DNA of 63,075 nt, the filler included, from Octopus bimaculoides (lineage: Eukaryota): NCBI RefSeq assembly GCF_001194135.2. It is 3 parts of 3 records of this genome, joined end to end, with 100 filler letters (N's around TTAATTAATTAA, not from the genome) between each part and the next. Parts side by side here need not be neighbours in the genome. Positions count along the whole stretch, not along the records: positions 41,685 to 63,075 come from NC_068986.1; 2 more parts are not named here. One strand, 5' to 3'. Every line of letters begins with the position of its first letter. Position 1 is the first letter of the stretch. Below the pieces are notes generated by a model that ran no database searches, was not told the origin of the DNA, and was given only the letters and a program-made list of their open reading frames with translations. Below are positions 53,437-63,075 of the stretch, in pieces. The translations under genes were made by a program, and so were the position numbers.

Positions 53437-53570
53437 TATTCTTTTACTCTTTCACTCTTTTTACTACTTGTTTCAGTCATTTGACTGTGGCCATGCTGGA
53501 GCACCGCCTTTTAGTCGAGCAAATCGACCCCAGGTTTTATTCTTTGTAAGCCTAGTACTTATTCTATCGG
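53437..53570 (-). mobile_element. SINE family A 3' end, inverted against the previous copy
   Basis: Reverse complement of AGAATAAGTACTAGGCTTACAAAGAATAA...GAAACAAGTA. Confidence 0.9.
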
Positions 53571-54494
53571 TTCAAATTCTTAGCGGTGGTTCGTCTGTCT
53601 CTACATTCTGTGCGAAAGACAAAGTCGCCGGGTCCAAAATTGCAACCTTCTGCCCGGTCAGAAAACCTGCCAAATATCTCCCATAAATTATGCGGACTAT
53701 GGTATAAAAGAAAGGACATATAGGATAACGAAATTTTTTATGCAAAACTAAAAAAAAGTTGCAATCATTTTTTTGTGTCTAACAATTTTCATCATTTACT
53801 TTAAAAACATATATATACGTACAGAAAAATACATGTTTAGTTTTGCCTTACAATAATTTTGGTAGGTGGTATCTTACATTCTTAACGTTTTATTCCTTCA
53901 AGTTAATGTTATTTGTCTCCGGACAAAATAATTAGCGGCATTTCTTGTCACATTACGTTCTCAATGCAAATGCCTTCGGGGTTGACTCTGTCTTTTATCC
54001 TTTCGGGGTCTTTAAAATAGGGACAAGTTTATCAGTGGGCTCGATGCAATCGACCTGCACCTTAACCTACAATTTCTGGCCTTGTGTCAAAAATTGAAAC
54101 TAATTGTAGGGATTTATATTTTCTATAACAGCTGATGCTCCCCATCCTAGTGTGATCGATTCTTATTATCTTCAGTTCGTCGGAGTTAAGTCCCAGAGCC
54201 AAGTCTGCCACGTTCATCAGCACTGCATGAAGGCAACATGATGGTCCGGCTTAGCAGAAGACTTCGTGAAAACATCTCCAACGTATCAGAAACCCAAACA
54301 CTGACAGCTTTGGAACAAATAATCATCGGTGCATTTATTTCGACGAAAATCCTGAAGGTTTTTCTAGAAATCAGTAACTAGAAACGTGTAACATTTCAGC
54401 ATGAAAGAAGCTTGCAGTGAAGGGGAAATCTCACAGCAATAGAAATTCAGTTGCAGGTCTCACTGAAACATTGTCCAGATTCTAATGTCACCAT

Positions 54495-54746
54495 CAATGA
54501 TTCTCAACTGGGGTTCATACGACCTTTGGGGGTCCATATAAGATTATTTTGCTGAAATTTATTTTAAATGTATTAAATTTTCACAATACACAAAATATTT
54601 TGACATTTTTTTTTTACAATTCCTAAAAGTATTTCATTCAAAAAATATAATAGAATTTTTGAAACATCGAATAGCTAAGAGGTTCCACCTGAGTAAAATA
54701 GGAATCAAACGGATCCACGGGCGTAAAAAATGGTTCAGAATCATTG
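54495..54746 (+). mobile_element. hAT (Charlie-like) MITE, copy 2
   Basis: TIRs CAATGATTCTCAAC / GTTCAGAATCATTG (13/14 match), resembling the Charlie CAGTGGTTCTCAAC terminus. No clear 8-bp TSD. Confidence 0.65.
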
Positions 54747-55705
54747 GTCTAACCAGAAAGCAATATACCTCTGGAAAATGGCGGGAGTCAGGTTGTGGTG
54801 AAACATCATTTAACCTGCATCGATCGAAGTATTATGAATACCCTATATAAGAAGTATATCAGGGTATTCACGCAAGACACGGGTACATCTCTTATTAAAC
54901 TGCCGGGCTACTTTGATTCTGAGTAAAGGATATGGAGCAATGAAACAGGGAAGTCATATATCACTTGGGTCTCCAATGAAAGGTTTTAGGTGTGAGTGGT
55001 AACATATGAAACATCATACTCACTTTGAATAGGTGTTGATCATTATCTACGGGGGAAACGGAAAGTCCAGGTATTTCCAAAAAATGCTATTTTTGATATA
55101 GAAACATAAAATGAAGTGTATAGTGTACGATCTAGGAGTTGAAGTATAGAATAGGTGACGATGAGAAGAGAGAACTCCGTTGGAAGGGCTATGTACATAT
55201 TTTCTTCAATAGAAGAAAGCCTGTGGTAGTAACGGTAAAAAAAGGGAGAAAATATTGTGTATTTAAGCTAGCTGTATATTAGTGAATAAACTAAAATTGT
55301 TTCCACAACACATCTGATTTATCCTTAACTTTGTTTTCACTTAATACTAATAGAAAGTGAGTAGGGTTACGAAAGGCTGAAACCTAAGAGAATATTCCAG
55401 AAAACCCTTCTTTCTGCTGCTGCAGTTTACAGCTTGAATTTAAACTTCTACTTCGCCGCTTAAAGGTATCAAATCTCTGGTGTATCAAGCACAGATTCTG
55501 TAAGTAGCCACCGCCTCTGTAAGAAACAGCAGTCATATCACAAACAACCGTCTTTGAAAATACGATACGTTGAGCAATTTAGTCCTTGATATATGAAAAA
55601 AATTTCCGACGATAAATGACAGATCTCCATGGATAATTTTACGCCAGTTGGAGTTGACTTGAAAGTAAATATCAATGGCATCTTATACAAAGCCATTTAG
55701 AGACT

Positions 55706-55878
55706 TAAGAGACTGAAAGGTTCCTGGCTTTGGATAAAAGAAAATACAGGAGAATTAGTTAATTATGATTTTATTCAACATGTTCCCCTCTCAGATTCAC
55801 ATACATATTGCAGCGGTCCATCAGTTTTTCCGGGCCCTGTAAAAGAACTCAGCCAGGAACTTTTCAGAGATCCCATTG
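55706..55878 (-). mobile_element. Mariner-derived MITE, copy 3 (internally deleted)
   Basis: GAAAGGTTCCTGGCTTTGG...TTCCCCTCTCAGATTCACA...AGCCAGGAACTTTTCAG. Confidence 0.8.
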
Positions 55879-56537
55879 TATCTCCATCGCCGATACAAGA
55901 AAAGATAAATATAATCTGTACTCGTGTGAGTAATCATCCGTGTATTTCCTAGATACATAATTGTAATGAAACACTAAGAATAGCTGACGAAATTTTTATC
56001 TTTACGACCTATTTTAGGAGAGCCATCATGGATTTCTTGAAACACTGATGTTCATTTAACATTGTAAGTTGAGTAAAATTGCTTCAGTTTAAAATCGAAT
56101 TCAGTAAACTTCTCTCTTGTCTTAACTTCAGCTTTTGTCTATTAACTCCGATGTATATCATTAGCACTTTGTTTATGTGCCTTTGAAAGTCTGAGAAGTA
56201 AATCTATTTTGGGAAGTTTCGAATAAAGTAAATTACTTACAAAATATAGCGTTAGACATTTATTTCGAAGATCAACCACGACATTGTTTACTGCATTAAT
56301 GCTATGCAAACCGTTTGTATCTTACAGCTAGACTACGCAATGCATACTTTAATTGAAGGGGAGAATATAGCGATTTGACATTCTCAGCTTTCTCGTAGGT
56401 TGTTCTTCCTCAACCGAAGATTAACCCTGATGCGAAAAAATCAAAGGCATCCCAGCCAGGACCATCACATTTATAGAATTACGTAGGACTTCAGAATCTA
56501 TGACGTTCTCTCCGGTGATTTCATGATGAATTGTTTG

Positions 56538-56945
56538 CGAGTGGCTGTGTGGTAAGTAGCTTGTTTACCAACCACATGGTTCCGGGTTCAGTCCCACTGC
56601 GTGGCACCTTGGGCAAGTGTCTTCTACTATAGCCTCGGGCCGACCAAAGCTTTGTGAGTAGATGTGGTAAACAGAAACTGAAAGAGGCCCGTCGTATATA
56701 TGTATATATATACGTGTATGTGTATATGTTTGTGTGTCAGTGTTTGCTCCCCTCCCAACCTCGCTTGCCAACCGATGGTGGTGTGTTTACGTCCCCGTAA
56801 CTTAGTGGTTCGGCAAAAGAGTCCGATAGAATAAGTACTAGGCTTACAAAGAATAAGTCCCGGCGTCGATTTGCTCGACTAAAGGCGGTGCTCCAGCCTG
56901 GCCGCAGTCAAATGACTGAAACAAGTAAAAGAGTAAAGAATAAAG
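56538..56945 (+). mobile_element. SINE family A, full length
   Basis: Near-consensus with CpGs retained. Confidence 0.9.
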
Positions 56946-58152
56946 AATATTTTTAGCCTGTGAAATTACCATGTATAGCTTCCCTTGTTTGATTCCTTTA
57001 GCATAGAATCTGGATTGAAACGATGATCTGGTTTTCTTGGAATCATTAACTGCAAGTTACAAAGTGTATTCAATCAGTTGAATAGATTTAGTTATGTGTG
57101 TCGCATAAAGAAGATAACCTCGACCAGAATTGAACTCAGAATGAAGAAAGAAGACACGAAATATCCCTAAGTATTTAGTCCGACATAGTATCCTTTCTGC
57201 CACTCCATTGATTTACGCCAGACGAATATTAAATGTTTACGTGACAGTTCACTCAGTTTTGTGTCGGAATCAAATTATAAAATATGATTATATTAAGCTG
57301 CAACTTAGTAAAGAACTATTATTAAGTGGCGGATTAAAGTGAACAGTGTGAGTGGACTTTAATAGACCTTAATCTTATTTGAAAGTATTGCGTCTCGCGA
57401 CTTATGTAAATATATTTTCGAAAAGTACGATTTCAGATTTTGATAGAATCACTTGTATTTCTATCTTGGATTCATCTAATAAACAGCAAATCTTTCACGG
57501 GACTTCGTATTTCAGCAAAAACGGGAGATTAGTTGCGACTAAATAGATGAGTTTTATTGAAATCACTGTTTGTTCATTATAATGTTCTGCGTTCATATCT
57601 CGTATAGAAAAGGAGCCATTAATAATTCGACGATGCAGTTCGAGTTATATTAATTCGACCAATAAATGCTTTCTCAATATGTCTCCATAATTTTCTGTTT
57701 TGGCTTTAAAGTTTATCAATTCAGAGTTATTTAAGAAGATTGGACTCTGTTGTATTCCGAGGGCCGAATGCATATTGACACTGACCGACGATGATTCACA
57801 GCTTCTTGTTCAGTATATTCGAAGCATTCGTCTTTCTAAAAACATTTAGTAGTTGCCATTCAAATGAGTGGCTAGTCAATTATACTGACAAAAGTAAGCA
57901 AGATTACATAAAATTAGCGAATTAAAACTCCATCTTTCTGAAATAACTACTCGCATCTTCAATGATCTTCACAGAACAGTTCGCACAACAGCGAAGAGAA
58001 TACTTCATACAAGTGAAAATATGTCGGATATTGATATATCTGAATAAAAAATAGGACCGCCACAAAAGTAAATATCTTTGATCACTTGTACTCTCAACTG
58101 GGATTCAGAAAGAACTATAAAACAGCAACAACAACAATAAACATGAGATTGT

Positions 58153-58607
58153 AAGGCGGCGAGCTGGCAGAAACGTTAGCGCGCCGGCCGAAATGCTTAC
58201 CGGTATTTCGTCTGCCGTTACGTTCTGAGTTCAAATTCAGCCGAGGCCGACTTTGCCTTTCATCCCTTTGGGGTCGATTAGATAAGTACCAGTTACGCAC
58301 TGGGGTTGATGTCATTGACTTAATCCCCTTGTATGCTCTTGTTTTCCCCCTCTATGTTTAGCCCCTTGTGGGAAATAAGGAAATAAGAAACGTTAACACG
58401 CCGGACGAAATGCTTAGCGGTATTTCGTCTGCCGTTACGTTCTGAGTTCAAATTCCGCCGAGGTTGACTTTCCCTTTTATCTTTTCGGGGCCAATTAAAT
58501 AAGTACCAATTACGCTCTGAGGTCGATATAATCGACTTAATCCCTTTGTCTGTCGTTGCTTGTCCACTCTATATTTAGTCCCCTGTGGGCAAAATTTTAA
58601 AAAAATA
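58153..58607 (+). mobile_element. Head-to-tail dimer of SINE family C
   Basis: The second unit starts at AGAAACGTTAAC (~58386), directly after the first tail. Confidence 0.88.
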
Positions 58608-60243
58608 AGCATTGGATTTTAACATTTACGTCTCTCCATTCCTTGTGGAATATCTTTATACAAATGACTCTTAATTCAAATAGGAAAAATTAGATAGTTC
58701 TCCTTCTTTTGTGAGTAGGTAACACTGAGATCAATATGGAAGACTCTAATTTTGGATTATCGCTAAAGCACCCACACAATGTTTTCTGGTATTCAGTGAA
58801 ACCACTTTACAGCCGGATTTCAAATTCTGTCTGGGTCAATATTTTTAATTTCCTCGCTGAGAAGATATGTATATATAAAAGTAATGTGGTGAAGTACTTT
58901 ATTTTAGGAATCATTGTTTTGATGGTTATTAATGTAGCTGGTGGTTTCCAGGTCCTGGAGAATGTGAAATTAAATTGCATGTATAGAGTTTTTTTGCACT
59001 TACGGTCTACTTTGAAATTAAAATTTCTGTAATCCTTATGGGTTCCGCAAGCTAAGTACTTTGATTTCATTCACAATGAACGCTGCTTCCAAATACGGTG
59101 GACTGCGCAAAGTTAGAGATTACTATCATTATAGGTGTTAGAGTGGAATGGAGAATTATTCGCGTATTGAACAAAATGCGTTGCAATATTTGTTCTTAAT
59201 CTTTACCTTTTGATTTCGAAAGCACGCGCAGATCAACTTTGTCTTTCATCTTCTCATCTTATGATTCCGTCATTATATAGTGCAAGAAGACAACTACTGT
59301 ACACTTATGTTCAACGTTTTTCGTTTCTGACGGAACTATCTGAAGTGGACAATACACCAACACACACCTTGCATATATATAAATTTATGTTCTGACCGCC
59401 ATTGCTTTTTCCAACGGATGGACAGAAGTGAAATAAAAAATAAGGCATGACAGCTAACATAGGCGATCAATAAATAAAGAAGCCAAACTTTCAGCTTTCT
59501 AATTTCCAACGTTTTGACTTAAAACTGGAAAGAGTGCAGAAAAATATGATCTAAATGAAATGTGTGCGACAAAATGATACATTGAACATAACTTCAATGC
59601 CTTTATCATAAGTCTATTCGATGCAGACCAAAAGAAACTGCCGTTACTGAACGAAATCATTGCTATTGTTTACTACATGGTTTGATACATTCAACATAGC
59701 ATGCATGTTAAGAGACCCGAGTATCATATATAACTCAGTGAGAACACTGCACATCGCTATAGATGACCATTCAATGCATGACCATAAATGCGTGTGTAAT
59801 ATCCATTCGAATACTTGTAGTTGATTCCTGCATTACATAATCATTACATATATATTCACATGAAGGTATGAATCTGGAAAGAGAGGGAAATTGATATTTC
59901 GCAACTGAACACTTCGTACATGATATTATTTTTACTGTCTAAGGAATATGCTACCGTCATACAAGAATGAGTCTTTCGATTTAGTAGTGACAATAATATG
60001 GAAGGGAGCACGTTCAAAAGAAAAGGATAATTAAATATGGCATGCCTCTCATCAGCTCTGAAGACCTGAACCAATTTGGTTTCGATGCAGTTAACACTGG
60101 TGAGTTATCCTCTTCGCGCAATGCCTCTGATTGCGCCAGTGATAGTAAATAACACTAAAAAATGGAACTTACAAGGAAACGGTCTCAGATAATTGCAGAC
60201 AACGGCAGTGTAGAGAGCTGGAATTCATATATACTAACATACA

Positions 60244-60279
<36 letters not shown>

Positions 60280-61819
60280 NNNNNNNNNNNNNNNNNNNNN
60301 NNNNNNNNNNNNNNNNNNNNNNNNNNNNNNNNNNNNNNNNNNNNNNNNNNNNNNNNNNNNNNNNNNNNNNNNNNNNNNNNNNNNNNNNNNNNNNNNNNNN
60401 NNNNNNNNNNNNNNNNNNNNNNNNNNNNNNNNNNNNNNNNNNNNNNNNNNNNNNNNNNNNNNNNNNNNNNNNNNNNNNNNNNNNNNNNNNNNNNNNNNNN
60501 NNNNNNNNNNNNNNNNNNNNNNNNNNNNNNNNNNNNNNNNNNNNNNNNNNNNNNNNNNNNNNNNNNNNNNNNNNNNNNNNNNNNNNNNNNNNNNNNNNNN
60601 NNNNNNNNNNNNNNNNNNNNNNNNNNNNNNNNNNNNNNNNNNNNNNNNNNNNNNNNNNNNNNNNNNNNNNNNNNNNNNNNNNNNNATATATATATATATA
60701 TATATATAAGGTACGTCCGCGATTGTGTGTTTGTGTGTGTAAGTGTGCATTTTTATGCGTATTCATACTTCTTTTTGTTAATGTTATTTATCAGTGATTT
60801 CCTCGTATATTCTTCATTCTCCTTTCTAAGTACACACGCATATATTTCCTCAATAAAAGTCTGAGTTATTTAGCCAAGATTGCTCTAATATTATCGATAA
60901 CAATGTTAATGATTAAATCGAAGGAATCCTTATCATGCTTCATGGGAATAAATTAAAACCTGTATCTCAAACTATCTGATGACAGGTTTCATGGACATTT
61001 TTCTATTTAGGGCAATTTTAATTAACACGTGAGACGTAGAACACATAAATAATTTTAGCATTTCCAATATATGCGTTTCTAATTTGAAACCAAAGTGACA
61101 TTCCGCCCAAGATCCCCAAACATCATGTAATATCTACGAGCATGTCGACAAGTTGTCGGAAGCTGTTGTGGGTATGGAAGAGTGTGTTGTTTGTGATTAA
61201 ATAAACAGCTTTCACTATTTTGTGCTACATATGATACAATTAGCATATTACATGTAGAGCTGATACATGAAACAGTAGTTTATTTTCTCTCACCGTACCG
61301 TCGACGTATTGACATTCAAATATCCGGAATAAATGTATTGTCTTATTCGAGGTGTTTATTTTTTCGTTTCAAATATTGAACCAAAATATATTGATGAACC
61401 TATATTACCAGCATTAATTGCTTGTAGAAATAGTTTACAGATCCTAATTTGTGAAGATGAAGAAACAGGAATTATCTAGAATAATCTCTAATGAGGTCGA
61501 TCTGGAAGTAATGAATACGCCGGACAGTTGCAGCTTTTGTCTTAGAGAGTATTATGTAATATTATGATCGAAACGTTGTTATCTGCTAATTTATGGTGAT
61601 ATAAGTGACTGTTTGGAATCCATCTTGACAGTCATTAGCTTTGATTGGTTCCATCTATTACTTACGCTTACCTATATTTGGCCTGATGGGAACGACTAAG
61701 CAAGTAACAATGTGTCTTCTTCAAGAAGTTTTTGTGACTAAGCTGATTAAATCTATTTTGAATATTTCTAGACTGGGGCTGTTAGCATGGTGTGACAAGC
61801 CTAACAAGCCTGGTGTGAC

Positions 61820-61866
<47 letters not shown>

Positions 61867-62192
61867 GATCGATCGATCGATCTATCTATCTATCTATTTA
61901 TCTCTATTTATTTATATATATATTTATATATATATATATATATANNNNNNNNNNNNNNNNNNNNNNNNNNNNNNNNNNNNNNNNNNNNNNNNNNNNNNNN
62001 NNNNNNNNNNNNNNNNNNNNNNNNNNNNNNNNNNNNNNNNNNNNNNNNNNNNNNNNNNNNNNNNNNNNNNNNNNNNNNNNNNNNNNNNNNNNNNNNNNNN
62101 NNNNNNNNNNNNNNNNNNNNNNNNNNNNNNNNNNNNNNNNNNNNNNNNNNNNNNNNNNNNNNNNNNNNNNNNNNNNNNNNNNNNNNNNNNNN

Positions 62193-62287
<95 letters not shown>

Positions 62288-62395
62288 GATCGCTAGCCAC
62301 TAAACCTTTTTTATCTTCTGTCCCTGTTTATTTCAGTGTTCCTTTCTGTCGAAGAGCGTAAGCTCGAAACATTAAAGACTTTCTCACTTCCCGAT
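62288..62395 (+). mobile_element. Penelope-like end, copy 3
   Basis: GATCGCTAGCCACTA...GAAGAGCGTAAGCTCGAAACATTAAAGACTTTCTCACTTCCCGA. Confidence 0.55.
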
Positions 62396-63075
62396 ACAAT
62401 TTATTAAAATTATCTACGCCTTAGAATGCATCATCATTGCCAAATGGCAGCTAAGAGAAGCTTCAGGTTAAAAGGGGAGATAATCTCAAAATTCAAGCAT
62501 CTCCCAAACTGACTTGTCATTAAGAAATGCATTTTGTCGTGGACACGTTCGCTGCCTCAGTAGTTATCATTAGCACGATAATTGACGGACCATGGCACTA
62601 TCAGCTTGGAGACTTAGTCTTACACAAAAAGAGTAGAACAAATTTAGAGCCTAAGAAATTTATATAATTTAAGCAATAAAATAACTTGAGTTAGATAGTA
62701 GATGTAATTGAGGAACATAGAGAAGTACAAGTATATCAAATAGCATAAAACATGAATACTTGATTTATTATAAATTATCTTCGTCTCATTTGAATGGGTG
62801 ATACAGACCAAATGAATGAAAATTGTTCATAATTATTTCTTAAACTTAGCAGGACATTCATTGTGTTTTCTCTATTGTAATATATTAGGGCAAGGTTTTG
62901 AATAAGAATTATAGAGCAAATTTTCAGTCAAATGAGGTGAAATTGAATCGGAATGAATCGAACACGTCTCTAATATGTGAAGAAGCCGTTTCTGATTCTA
63001 AGATGAGAGTTTTATAGTACAAAGCGTCCTCGACTTTACCGCACAACAAATATAAATAATGAACATTCTATATAT

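Noticed and set aside
58736-59070. Overlapping 98-aa (+) and 87-aa (-) ORFs
   Set aside because: AT-rich with no domain signal, and it includes a pogo-like terminus CAGTGAAACCACTTTACAGCCGG; likely a TE remnant or chance.
2798-62300. Long ORFs of 130-440 aa in the ORF track
   Set aside because: They consist of X (N gaps) and YI/HT/CV dipeptide runs from microsatellites; not coding.

Overview
AT-rich, microsatellite-dense eukaryotic DNA with about 9 kb (~14%) of N gaps. The SINE repertoire looks like an octopus genome; O. bimaculoides is my inference from recalled repeat families, not from a search. I found no confidently recognisable host protein-coding gene, rRNA, true tRNA or CRISPR array. 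Almost every ORF in the supplied track is an artefact of N runs or simple repeats. What is supportable is mostly transposable elements: a decayed full-length DD34D mariner, a DD34E Tc1, a probable DD41D-type fragment, mariner-, hAT- and piggyBac-type MITEs, RTE and R4/Dong LINE fragments, Penelope-like ends, and about five SINE families. The main large-scale signal is that two identical artificial 100-bp spacers (44N-TTAATTAATTAA-44N) cut the window into three blocks. The middle 20-kb block is strongly CpG-depleted while both flanks retain CpG, which suggests a germline-methylated domain (or a misplaced scaffold) between unmethylated DNA. Smaller unexplained structures include a perfect 40-bp palindrome, a pre-miRNA-sized hairpin, a tail-to-tail inverted SINE pair and a few weak exon candidates. 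I cannot claim a new biological system from this window.
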